Assembly (NCBI GenBank): GCA_002269645.1
Contig: NIVC01003086.1
Coordinates: 56,362-120,361 of the forward strand
Source: Macrostomum lignano
Taxonomy: Eukaryota
DNA length: 64,000 bases
Direction: 5' to 3'
In this document: piece after piece, positions 46,341-64,000 of the stretch
Numbering within the stretch: the first letter of the stretch is position 1
How the letters are laid out: each line of letters starts with the position of its first letter
The notes under the pieces: model-generated
Seen by the model: the letters and a program-made list of their open reading frames with translations, nothing else
Databases searched by the model: none
What the model was told of the DNA's origin: nothing
Translations under genes and position numbers: made by a program

Positions 46341-47107
46341 GGCGAATGGGCTGACCCCGCCGACAGCAGCCGAGTCCTCTGCTCGAATAGGGAAAATTTG
46401 AGGGAAAACACACAGGAATTATCCCTGTTGCTGCATGCAGATGTCTTTGAAAATCCTGTCTCCAGCTGAAACCCGCTGTCTATCCATCATTATCTCTCCC
46501 CCCGGCGCCCCAGCAGATTCCCTATTCGTGTCTCACCGTCTTTCAATCCGAGATCCTTGATTGATTGCCAAGATGGGATTCTGTTCGAATGCCAATTCGA
46601 ACTCCCCGGCAATTTGCTCTTCCACCTCTGTCAGGCAAGTCGGCGATGCAGGAAAGCAGGGGAGAAGCTGGGGGGGGGTGGAAGCTGCCAAATCGTATTG
46701 CCTGCCCCCTGGGTCTCCGATTCTCAGCTGTCTGTCTCGCTGCGCCAGAAATTGCAGGAGAGACTGACGGGCGGTTTGAGGTCGGGAACGAAGGGAGAAA
46801 ATGAGAGGCACGGCGACTTTTAAGGCCTCGGGGAGCTGCAACCCGCCCGCCCCACACCCACCCTCCCACCGTCCCGCGGTCTCCCCCATCTCCCAATCCT
46901 CCGTTCTCAATGTTCTGAAATAAGACAGGAATAATTCCCCCCTCAGCTCAGCCTCTGTACCCTCTCGCTCGCCCTAAGCCTCCCCCAGCCTCCCCTCCAT
47001 CCTGTGCCTTAGCAGTAAACCTGCTGATAAAAGAGTTGGTCCGAAGGAAACTTTTTTAACTTATGAGGTAGACACTTTTTGTATAGCTGCATGCTGGTGA
47101 ATGGACA

Positions 47108-48335
<1,228 letters not shown>

Positions 48336-49119
48336 CATGCAGACAGGAAAATTTCCTCTGCATAGCTCAGAGTGGATCAGCAATCCAATACATTCGCAGT
48401 GTGTGCATGCGAGAGTCATGCAACGTGACATCGCATCACTTGTGCAGAGCGAGGGAGAGAGAAAGCTGAAAATTTGTCCTCAAAGCATCGCTCAAGTTCT
48501 CAGAACAGCCTCAATTATTTCTGTGTGTAGACACAACTGGCAATTTGAGTGCGTGATTCAGTCGTGCAGTTCTCACGGCGCTGCCCACTTGCTTTCAGTG
48601 CGTGCATTGTTATGCTACTTCACTAAAACTTTTCCATCGTATTACTATTAGTAGGCTAGAAGTGCACAGTGCGGCGCACGATTAATTACATGCATAAATA
48701 ATGTAAAGTAAACGGAGCCGATCGGGGGGGGGTGATTCCTATAGCTGGTATAGGGTGAGAAGAACCGGCTTAAGTTAATCTGCCTTTGTTTTTTTCTTAC
48801 CCAAACTGGATCCTTTAAAACGCGTTTTTTCGCCTAATTAGCATAATTTATTTATAAAAATTCTCTGGTCGCAATGCTAAAAATGCATGGCTCCCGACTC
48901 GGTGGCCTGTAAAATTGCTTCTGAAATCATTGCTTTCCATTTCTTGGGGTTAATATAGTTGGGTTAATATAGAGGAGACACCCAGCTACTTACAGAACCT
49001 CCGGTTCTTTCTGCACGCATTCAAAGTTCTCTCTCTCAAGTGAAGGTAAGTTTTTTCGATTTTTTCCTGCTTTGAAGGAGATCCAATTTATAAAATCGAT
49101 TATTATGGTCGATGATCGT

Positions 49120-49440
49120 TCCATGTATAGCAAAATGGATCCCGTGTACCAAACTAGATCCCATGTACTAAAGTAGATCCCATGTAGCAAAGTAGATCCC
49201 ATGTACCAAAGTAGATCAAATGTAGCAAAGTAGATCCCATGTAGCAAAGTAGATCCCATGTACCAAAGTAGATCCCATGTACCAAAGTAGATCAAATGTA
49301 GCAAAGTAGATCCCATGTAGCAAAGTAGATCCCATGTACCAAAGTAGATCCCATGTAGCAAAGTAGATCCAATGTAGCAAAGTAGATCCCATGTACCAAA
49401 GTAGATCCCATGTAGCAAAGTAGATCCCATATAGCAAAGT
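49120..49440. repeat. 19-bp satellite (TAGCAAAGTAGATCCCATG)n
   Basis: Direct periodicity. Confidence 0.95.
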
Positions 49441-49603
49441 GGATATTTTTAAGGCAGCTATGATTGTAATGATAGTGTTGATCTATCATATCACTCTATT
49501 TGTAGTTAAAGTACAAAATATTGTATCGTTTTTCGTTAGACAGTTCTGCTTAGCGTTAAATTTGCTTCCTTCTTCTTCTACAAAAGCACAGCAGAGTCAA
49601 GAG

Positions 49604-49861
49604 ATGCAGCGGCTGCTAATCTGTTTGGTTCTGGCAGCTGGCGGCCAGCTGGCGGCCCCAGCCGGAGCGGTCACCCTGCGAGAGGCCACTCTCGATGAAG
49701 ACGCATTGAAGCGGTTCGTGCACTACGATACTGCGGAGTTTAATCAGTGGTTTCACCTGGCCATTGCCTTGCCAGTGATGTACAGCATCCTGTTCTGCAT
49801 CTGGGCCACGGTCACCTGCGTTATGAAAGTCACCGGCAGGAGCCGAAAGACCCGAGACTAG
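49604..49861 (+). CDS. 85-aa predicted type I membrane microprotein (signal peptide, short ectodomain, TM, basic tail)
   Basis: MQRLLICLVLAAGGQLAAPAGA signal-like segment; TM WFHLAIALPVMYSILFCIWATVTCVM; tail KVTGRSRKTRD; GC-rich island; pyrimidine-rich acceptor-like sequence upstream suggests a 5' UTR intron. Confidence 0.7.
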   Translation: MQRLLICLVLAAGGQLAAPAGAVTLREATLDEDALKRFVHYDTAEFNQWFHLAIALPVMYSILFCIWATVTCVMKVTGRSRKTRD

Positions 49862-49989
49862 ATATAACATTCGAGACCAGATTTTCGGAATGCGTTGGTA
49901 ATTCGTTTGAAAGATATAAGATTGGGAAAGATAATATCGGATTACACTAACTTGGATGATGTAACTATGTATATGCACCTTTTCAGGGG

Positions 49990-50640
49990 CCTACTTTATC
50001 GCTATATTATCTACTTCATCGCTACAGGATCTACTTCATCGCTATAGGATCTAAATCATCACTATAGGATCTACTTCATCGCTATAGGATCTACTTCATC
50101 GCTATAGGAACTACTTTATCGCTATAGGATCTAAACCATCACTATAGAATCTACTTCACCGTTACTAGGATCTACTTCATCGCTATAGGATCTAAATCAT
50201 CACTATAGGATCTACTTCATCGCTACAGGATCTACTTCATCGCTATAGGATCTAAATCATCACTATAGGATCTACTTCATCGCTATAGGATCTACTTCAT
50301 CGCAATAGAAACATTTCATCGCTATAGGATCTACTTCATCGCTATAGGATCTACTTCATCGCTATAGAAACATTTCATCGCTACAGGATCTACTTCATCG
50401 CTATAGGATCTAAATCATCACTATAGGATCTACTTCATCGCTATAGGATCTACTTCATCGCAATAGAAACATTTCATCGCTATAGGATCTAAATAATAGC
50501 TACAGGATCTGCTTCATCACTATATGATCTACTTCATCGCTATAGGATCTACTTTACCGCTATAGGATCTACTTCACCGTTACTAGGATCTACTTCATCG
50601 ATATAGGATCTGCTTTATCGCTATAGGACTATAGGACTAC
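49990..50640. repeat. 20-bp satellite (ATCGCTATAGGATCTACTTC)n, related to the 49.1-kb array in inverted orientation
   Basis: Its reverse complement shares AAGTAGATCC..TAGC with the 19-bp unit. Confidence 0.9.
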
Positions 50641-51369
50641 TGAATAACAATTGATCTGCTTTCTAAATTAAGTTCTAAATCGTTCTGGAATTTATTGCAA
50701 ACTATCTGTTTTCGATGACGGTATAGCGTAATTAATTGGCACTTGGTATTCTTTGGATTACGTCATTGAAGGATTAACAAACTTAACTTTACAGTTAGCT
50801 ATCGTAGCAAGGCCTACTGATTTACGAGTATTAATAAAATAATTAAATAACTCCGCAAATTGCTTATAGCTCTGAAGTTATAGTCCAAATAAAAACTAAT
50901 ATCATGCGTTCACACGTCCAGCTTTTACGCTCGCAATATAATAGTAATAGTAATTATGAATACGTACTGCATTATGTGTACTTTAGGTTAAATGTTACCC
51001 ACTAATTAGCTCTGACTACTTCTTACTAGTATTCTACCGATTTATAAAACAAAACTGTCCAGTTGCTTTATTCTCGTAATTGTAATTTAAATAAATCAGA
51101 ACAGTACCAGCTATTTCGACCAGTGCTCAAATATTTACTCATCCAATTTTTTGTTGGATTTCATCGCTTTAGACAACAACGTAAAACCATTGCATTTTGT
51201 CTGCTGGATTTGCATTGGGGAATGCAAGATAAGAGACGCAATCGATTTGAAGATAGGTTCTACACATAAATAAGCATTCTACGGATGTCTTATTCCCAAT
51301 CCAACTCATTTAAGTGCCGATTCGAATAAACCGTACAACAGTTGGTGAAAGCTTCATAATAAATTACTG

Positions 51370-51650
51370 AATGGGTTAGCGACGAGTTGGTGAATGGGTT
51401 AGCGATGAGTTGGTGAATGGGTTAGCGATGAGTTGGTGAATGGGTTAGCGATGATTTGGTGAATGGGTTAGCGATGAGTTGGTGAATGGGTTAGCGATGA
51501 GTTGGTGAATGGGTTAGCGATGAGTTGGTGAATAGGTTAGCGATGATTTGGTGAATAGGTTAGCGATGATTTGGTGAATGGGTTAGCGATGAGTTGGTGA
51601 ATGGGTTAGCGATGAGTTGGTGAATGGGTTGGCGATGAGTTGGTGAATGG
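51370..51650. repeat. 22-23-bp tandem repeat (GAATGGGTTAGCGATGAGTTGGT)n
   Basis: Direct periodicity, just downstream of the Ly6 stop codon. Confidence 0.95.
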
Positions 51651-51701
51651 TTGATGATCAATTGCTGAGTAGCTGTTGAATATCTGGCAGGTGCACAATT
51701 C

Positions 51702-56257
<4,556 letters not shown>

Positions 56258-58860
56258 ACTTCATTTAATTATTAGCACTATGTGTACTTTCTGCTGGATC
56301 AGCTCTGCGACAGAAGTTCAGATGAGATTTTGAAAAGAGTCTCACGGATATGCTCACTCTAAAAGCTAGAGTATTTATATTTTAAGTTGCCTCAGTCTCA
56401 TTGGCTGCGCAATCAAAAACCTCTGCCAGTCGTTTCAGTAGTACGTGTAGGGTTTTTAGTCTTTATTTAGTATTAGTTAGTATGAAAAATTAAACTTCTA
56501 GCTGAATAAAAACAAATAACAGGAAATTAATATCTCTGTCGATCCTTATTTAAAATTTAACTTTAACTTCTTGAATGAAAGAGTGTAAATCTTCAATAGA
56601 TGTTCCCTTTCGGTCGTTAAATTTTATTCGGTACTTTTCTCCACTTTTTCACGGACGTTAGTAGCTAGCTGTACGTCAATGGACAATAAACTGAACAAAT
56701 GATGAACAGGTTTTTAATATCTTCCTAAATATGTAATATCGAATACCTACTACTGATATCTTTCTAAGGTACGACAAATTATCGAAATAATCTATTATAA
56801 ATTCAAAATTCAATAATACTAATCCGTTGTTTAGGCCATAGACATAATTCTTTGGCGGCTCAAGCTTAGTAAAGCAATTGCTGCCGTGAAAGAATCTTGT
56901 GTCCATGTCGTTATTGTACCCTTTTGTCTATGGTTTTCAGTCAGTAGTAAGCCTTTCGGCAACAAAGGCTTACTGCTGTTTGCCGGCTGTTTTATATTGT
57001 TGCCAGAAAATTACGAAAAATGACAACGACACCCGGCGGTTGACGGACGGGGATTCCAGGCGCCGTTGAATGGCCGCACGGAAACAAATGAGAGACTTCG
57101 GCGCGTAGTATGTTCCACCCTGCTCTCGAAGAGACGAATAGAAAAGCCTCAGATAATCGTTCAGGAATCGATCCGGTAAACACGCTCAAATTCTGCCAGA
57201 GAGCCCCTTCTCATTCGTAGAGAATCATTTAGCTCCTTTTTCTATTGGTATTTCGAATGCCGAATACCAAATACCAAATACCAGACAGAATAGACTAGAA
57301 ATCTGGAAACAATCATATTTCATTACAAAAGGGTACAATACGGCTTGTGTTGTTGTCCGTGACTTACACTCAACAATATTAAAAAGTCGCCATCTTTGAG
57401 ACTGCCCAGTAAATTCTAGCTCAGTGTTGACTTTTGTGTGCGTACATTGGTGCATAGTGTGCGTGTACATACGATGAGAGAGAGTCAGGGCAGCTGTACC
57501 CTGCGTGTGTGCCTGTGTACGTTTGATACGTGTGCGTATCAGAGGAAGGTCTCGCGCGCATCCTTTCTTCTCTCTCTTTTCTCTCTGACACCCTTCCAAG
57601 CTTATCTAGTGTACATTGATTGACAAGCATTTCGCGGGATGCGTGCTATTGTTCATATTTGCGTGTTATATTGTCCATAGACAAAAGCATTAGTTTAAGG
57701 AGTTAATTAGATGGCCAAATTATAAACAGCAACTAATTATAGCATGAACATGAGGGGGAAATGTCTAATGCCATAGTCTCTCTCTCGAAGAATTAGTCTT
57801 TTTGATAGATACGCCTTACTCAAACACAATGTTAATCAAATTGTTGTTGCCGTCAATGCTAACACGCATCTTCTTGGTCGGACAGGCCTCGATATGAACT
57901 GGCCGAGGAACCGGCTCGTCAATTGATAGTGGGGGTGGCATTGCAACTGGTGATCGTCATCACTTGCGAGCAGACAGTAGAAGAACTGATAGAGCCGCTC
58001 GCATTAGCAAGGAAAGACGCCTCGCGCCCGGTCCCGGCGCCTGGTTAAATACCTTTTGACCGTCTTCGCACACTCTAGTGACTCTGTGGGAGAATTAAAG
58101 GTAATTAATTTTATGTGAACTAGTTAGAACTATTGATACACTATATAACGGAAAACGAAATTTACTTACCTAATACAGTGATTAGTTTAAGACCTTGCTT
58201 AGACCGGCTTTCGCGCTCAGATTCTTCATAAATTATTGAAGGAATCGAAATCTTCGAGCGGTTCTTCGATTTATAAAAACTAACAATTAAACACGCTAAA
58301 TTGCAAACACGGTGAGATGAAAACAAAACGAACAGACAGAGGGGCGCAGGGCCTAAACGGGGTATATTTATTCGAATAAACAAGAAAGGGTGCAAGATGG
58401 GGTGGAGTGCGCGACTGAGGAAAGAGGCGAGAACTGAGAGCCAATCAGAAGGCAGCGAGGGAGAGAGATAAAAAATAACAAAATTGAACTAGACAGACTC
58501 TAGCTCGTACTGAGACTGCGTGTTATTGTCTTTCTAGATCACAAACAATGTGGAAACACTAGTTAATGGTATAAATTGTATAACACGCGAGCGCCTACCG
58601 CCGCAATGGTATCAAAGCAACTATACCATTGTTAATACGAGTATATCGACGCTTTGATGCCTAAAACTTTTCAACCCTTCAAACTTTCTACCCCTCTGAT
58701 GTACTTTAACATTAGCATACACCCGTTGGCCTGGCAATGTGTTTACGCCTAAAATAATCGATCATTTGATGCTAAACAATTTCCACTTTCTTGAAGAGTT
58801 GCACTCTTTCTACCTAAGAATTCGGCTGAATATACTCGTAAATCAAAGCAAGTCTTTAAA

Positions 58861-61800
58861 TCAAAGCGGCGTGATAGTTCTGCTGCCCAGAGCCAGTTTG
58901 ATAATAATGAAGACTGCGGCGCCCACCAGGCCTACGCTAACAATTGGCACAACAACTACCACGGCAATGAAGGCTGGGTCCGAACCGTCAGGACCGATCG
59001 GTGGCCGGGTTTCCGTCGAAGACTCTGTCTCCGTTGAAGACTCAGTTGAGCTCGCTGTCGCTGTTGATAGGCCGGTTGTTACCGTTGCCTCCGCGGTTGT
59101 TGTGCTCGAAGTTGTTACCACTGTTGTTGCTGTTGAGGATGATGTTGACCCTGTTGGTTGGGTCGATTTAGTTGTAGTTGTAGTTACCGTTGATCTAGCT
59201 GTAGTTTCCGTGGATGTAGTCGTAGTACCCGTCAGTTCCGCAGTGCTTTCCGTTTTATCTGGCGTTGTTTCCGTTGCCCTGTCCGTCAATCCGCTTGTCG
59301 ATTCTGTTGACCCTGGTTCGGCACTCGTCGTCAATTTTGTCGCCGCATCAGTCGAAGAAGTTTCGGTACCCGGTTTCTCAGTTGTTCCACCTGCTGTTGT
59401 TGCAGTTGTTGCTTCTAACGTAGTTTCCGCCGTCCTTTCCATCGTAGTTTCCATCGTAGGTTCCATCGTAGTTCCCGGTGTCGTTTCCGGAGGGGGGAAT
59501 CGTTTGCCTACGTTGGGCAGCACCCGATCCCAGAAGTTGCACTCCCGGTCCATAAAAATGTCGGTCGCTAGCTGCTGCTGCTCAGCTCGCATCACCAAGC
59601 TGACTGGCGCATCCGGCTTGTAGCGAGGCCAGCCTGTCGGCGGCCAGCTTGGCACTCCCGAGCTGGCAAAGTTCGCCAGGCTTCGAATCAGCGCCCGGGA
59701 CAGATTAGCTCGCTCCGGCGACTGCGCCTCCGCGGAGGCCGTCGGGAAGCCAAACGCATAAGACGCGTCGTGAACTAAAATTTTGCATTTTAATAGGGCT
59801 TAAGTAAAAATAAAAAATTCAAACCGGTCGCATTACGACAGTGTCATAAAAAATCGTGTTAAAAGAGGGATGCAGTGTCGTGAGAATGCATCTCGAAAAG
59901 GATGGCTGTACCCTTGAGTCCTTGAGTGATGTCAAAGATCAAAGAGAGTTATAGTACCGTGTGAGATTGTGTCAAAAAGAGTGATGCAGAACTGCTAGAG
60001 CATGTTGAAGAGATTGACAGGCTTGACGCAAGCATGAGCTGTGATAGAGACCGGTTCATGTGGATCCAGACTCACACAAGGTCGCCTCTGGTAGCGATGT
60101 GCCAATCGAACGGAATGGCTCCTCAAATCGGAATTTGTACACGGCTCTGCTGTTTTCAGCGGACACTGCGCCCAAAAACAGCTGATTGCTGCAGGTGAAC
60201 ATTCGATTGCTGATGGCATTGGCCAGAGCACGCTCGTCTCGAGTGTAGTTGTCTCGGCTGAAGTAATCCGTAAAGTGCAACACTAGCGCCGTCTTGATGT
60301 CACTCCGTGGTTCAGTTGGGAATCTAGGGAAGTGCGCTATGACCTCAAGAAGTTCCTGCGGGCGCGAGTACGCAGAAATTCCTTGGCAACTTTGTTTAAT
60401 CAGTCAGTCAGTCAGTCAGTCAGTCAGTCAATCAGTCACCTTCAGAAACTCAGCATGTGTGAAGTTCTCTCCGATCCGCATGCGCTGAACCAGAATGTTC
60501 CCAGGCCCGTCAACGCCGCCAACCAGCAGAGGCACGGAGGCCAGGTCGGCCCCGCCCATGGCAAGCGGGTCGGACCGAATGAAATCGCCATCGATGACTG
60601 GCGGAAACTCGATCCCGGTGTACAGCCGGTTGAAGTCGCGCTGTCTCTCGTTGATGAAAGTGGCATTAAGCGCTCTGAGCCCGGCTAGGCAGGCCGGTAT
60701 GTCGTCTGAGCCGCAGTTGAGCACGTTCTGAGCAAACACTCGGTTGATGAACCGGACGCTGGCCGTATCGTTGGACACTGGGTAGGGCATGTACGGCGAC
60801 CCGGTGAGCAGCACGGCTCGTTGGAACAGCACCGGCGACCGCGCCAAGTGGTAGCCAATCGACGCCGCTCCCGCCTCCACCCCCATCAGCGTGACTTTAG
60901 TCCGACTGCCGCCGAATTTTTCAATGTTGTACCTGATCCACTTTAACGCCTCCTCCTGATCGCGCAGGCCGAAATTCCCCGACACCGTGCTGTTGTCCAG
61001 CGACAGGAAGCCGAAGGCGCCAACGCGGTAAGCGACGGTCACCAGTAGCAGTTTGGCACTGTCCAGCACTCGATGCCCGCGCCAATCCGAGACGGCGCCG
61101 AACTGAAAGAAGCCACCGTGCAGGAAGACAATGACGGAAGATCATCCTCCGACAGGTCGCTGTGCACCGGAGTCCAGATGTTCAGGTAGAGGCAGTCCTC
61201 AGACATGCTCGACACGAACTCGTCCCGCTGCATGCACGGCGGAGGCATGCTTAGCGCCAGGATGCGATTGTCTTGAAGAATTTCCATGGGGGGGAGTGTA
61301 ACTGCGTTAGGATTCGGCCTCTACTGATGTAGGTTGTTTGTAAAGTTGTTTTTTTTGCAAAAAACCGCCGAGTTTGATAAATTAGATTTTTTCGCTTAGT
61401 AAAGTCGACATGCATTTGCTAACGAGTCGTTTAAAATAGTGAAATATTTTTATAAAGATTTACGAAATGTTCTGCGAGCAAATTTTTTTATTTTTTTAAT
61501 CCGGACGTAGAACGCTGTCCGTTGCACCTGATCCTACGAGATCCTTTTTATGCCCACCCTACATGCATGTCTCGTGTCCCTTCCATATCTCCCAATATCC
61601 CGTCCATGTCTTTACAATGTTCCTTCCATGTCTGTAAATTGTCCCTTCCATGTCTTCTTCTATGTCTTTGCAATGTTCCTTCCATGTCTGTCTATTTTCC
61701 TTCCATGCGTTTACAATATCCCTTTCATGTCTTTACAATGCCATTTCAATGTCTTTACAACGTCGGTTCCAGGTCCCTTTTATTTCATGGGCCACATTCT

Positions 61801-63449
61801 TTTCCTGTCTTCCACTGACGCGCGATGCACTTTCTAGCATGATCCAGAGATCACAAGTACCGATAGCATAACTTAAAGCTAACACCAGAGCAGATCATCA
61901 GCTTACTGGTCCCAGAAAGCGGTTTCGGATTAGCAAATCTGAGTTCTCCGACGGGCGGCTCAGCGTACGGCACGCCCAGAAACTGGGTCAGGGTGGTGCC
62001 GGCCTCGGTTCGTATCGTCTCGCCAAGCACTGAACCGTAGCCCACCACAGTAATGCTGTAATTCCTCAGGACCAAGTAATCCACTCTTCTGACTCTGTTC
62101 GACTCCGGGACTTCTTGCGCCTGTTTCGGCTCGGCGGCCATCGAATTGTCAAACTGAGCAGTCAGTAGGCCAGCGTCCGGTCCGCATAGCCTGTTATGAA
62201 ACGGCATCTCGTGCTTCCACATTGGGCAGCGGCCGGGCTCGAGGCCGAAGCCGTCTGGCAGAGAATCCGCGCTCGACGAGTCGTTGGCGGCGCGGTAGTT
62301 CATGAACTCTGTGCCGTTCAGCCCCGTCCGAGGCCACGCATTGTCGAGATCTGAGTAGGGGTAGGTGGGTGTCATTTCGTCTGCTGAAACATCTGCTGTT
62401 GAGGCATCTGCTAGACCATCTGCTGTTGAAGCATCTGCTGGAGCATCTGCTGTTGAAGCATCTGCTGGAGCATCTGCTGGAGCATCTGCTGTGTGAAGCA
62501 TCTGCTGGAGCATCTGCTGGAGCATCTGCTGGAGCATCTACTGTTGAGGCATCTGCTGGAGCATCTGCTGTTGAAGCATCTGCTGAAGCATCTGCTGTTG
62601 AAGCATCTGCTGGAGCATCTGCTGGAGCATCTGCTGTGTGAAGCATCTGCTGGAGCATCTGCTGGAGCATCTGCTGTGTGAAGCATCTGCTGGAGCATCT
62701 GCTGGAGCATCTGCTGGAGCATCTACTGTTGAGGCATCTGCTGGAGCATCTGCTGTTGAAGCATCTGCTGGAGCATCTGCTGTTGAAGCATCTGCTGGAG
62801 CATCTGCTGGAGCATCTGCTGTGTGAAGCATCTGCTGGAGCATCTGCTGGAGCATCTGCTGTGTGAAGCATCTGCTGGAGCATCTGCTGGAGCATCTGCT
62901 GTGTAAAGCATCTGCTGGAGCATCTGCTGGAGCATCTGCTGGAGCATCTGCTGGAGCATCTGCTGTGTGAAGCATCTGCTGGAGCAGAGCCCCCTGCTCT
63001 CGCAAACTGGCTCCTATTCTCCCTCCTACATTCCCAAATTGCACCAAAGATGTCGCCAACCTTCCAGCCTGACGAAGCGGCCAAGGTGGTCCATCATGGT
63101 GCTGGCCAGGCTCTCGTGTCCGGCGGGATATCCGGCTCGCACCAGCGGCTCGCCCAAGAAGTAGCGCACGTCAACGCTGTGATCCCCGCGTGAATCGATG
63201 GGATCCGTGACGTTCATCTGGTAGACGTAAACGGGCTCCGTCGACGGCGCCTGCAGAAGGTCGCCGGCCGCCTCCCAGACCGGACAGGCGTAGCGAAAGT
63301 CGCCGATAGCTTGGGCCAGCAGCGGCCGGACGCGCCTCGCCGAATTTCTTGGTCGGCCAGTCGGCCAGCGACAATCGAAGGAAGTTTTGGCCGCACGGAC
63401 TGGTCTGGGTGTGCACTCGGGGGAAGTGGAGGAACTCCTGGCTGACAAT
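58861..63449 (-). CDS. 3' part of a cholinesterase-like type I membrane protein with two tandem esterase domains, S/T stalk, TM and short tail (neuroligin/gliotactin-like); two apparent frameshifts
   Basis: Exons 63449-63061, 62380-61907, 61301-60440, 60355-60076, 59774-58861; motifs FLGVPYAEPPVGELRF, SEDCLYLNIW, YRVGAFGFL, GNFGLRDQ, two His regions and two C..W domain ends; 1-nt shift at about 61136 and another at about 63340-63420; gene start lies beyond the window. Confidence 0.85.
62385..62985. repeat. 12/15-bp intronic repeat (GCATCTGCTGGA / GCATCTGCTGTTGAA)n
   Basis: Direct; its last unit supplies the CAGCAG acceptor. Confidence 0.95.
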
Positions 63450-63593
63450 CTGCGGGGGACGATTAGAGATTAGTCACCCGCTCTGAGTCCATAGGGTGTC
63501 GTTGTTACAGGCGGTGGTTGCCTATAAAACTCGAAATATTCGCAGGAGGGCTGCGGGCTCGCTGATGCAGCTCCTCAACCAGCTCTGAAGGCA

Positions 63594-63797
63594 ATTCTGC
63601 CCATTCCGCTGACTGCTGAGCGCATACAAGCGCGCCAATACTGTACGCAGGCACCACTCGTACACACGCTCACGCAGGGTGTACACAGCGACCCTGACTT
63701 TTGTAATCGCCAGGCATGCAGGCATACACTGGCTGGCTTTGAACGGAATCGAACCAAGGCTCGAGGCTAGAGAGACAGATGCGTTCTCTGCTGGGCT
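63594..63797 (-). mobile_element. tRNA-derived SINE, copy 3
   Basis: B box GGTTCGATTCCG (minus, about 63743-63755); 3' AGTCAGCGGAATGGGCAGAAT; body homologous to copy 2. Confidence 0.8.
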
Positions 63798-64000
63798 GCT
63801 CTGCCCCCCCCCCCACACACCATCCTGATTCACAATGCCGAGACTTAGGCGCTAATGGAATCGCTCGAACAGCTCGGGGTATGCTCTCTATCGCCGTCCA
63901 AGTGACCTATACGCGCCGAGCCGAACATGCACTGCCCACTGCTTAAGATAGAGTTTTGAGTCTCAGTTAGGGTGTAAGAATTAGGATTATGGATAAGACT

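Overview
Eukaryotic (animal) genomic DNA: small GC-rich spliced genes sit in AT-rich sequence, and almost every long intron holds its own tandem-repeat array. The style resembles repeat-rich flatworm genomes such as Macrostomum, which is inference only. Seven protein-coding loci can be supported: a USP2/USP21-like deubiquitinase (+, 5 exons), an intronless polyproline orphan (-), a divergent profilin (-, 2 exons), an SLC38A11-like amino-acid transporter (-, 11 exons), an 85-aa single-pass membrane microprotein (+), a Ly6/three-finger GPI-type protein (-, 3 exons), and the 3' part of an apparently catalytically dead cholinesterase-like type I membrane protein with two tandem esterase domains (-, two apparent frameshifts). 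Mobile DNA includes two head-to-tail non-autonomous Helitrons that each carry a different satellite, three copies of a tRNA-derived SINE, a MITE with an 8-bp TSD, a piggyBac-like end and a LINE 3' fragment. Most long ORFs in the supplied track are satellite translations. The most notable observations are a 15-unit array of RFX X-box motifs, inverted satellite arrays bracketing a frame-symmetric Ly6 exon and the microprotein gene, a satellite that arose inside a SINE, and the double-domain neuroligin-like protein. Exon coordinates were read by hand and should be confirmed with transcript data.
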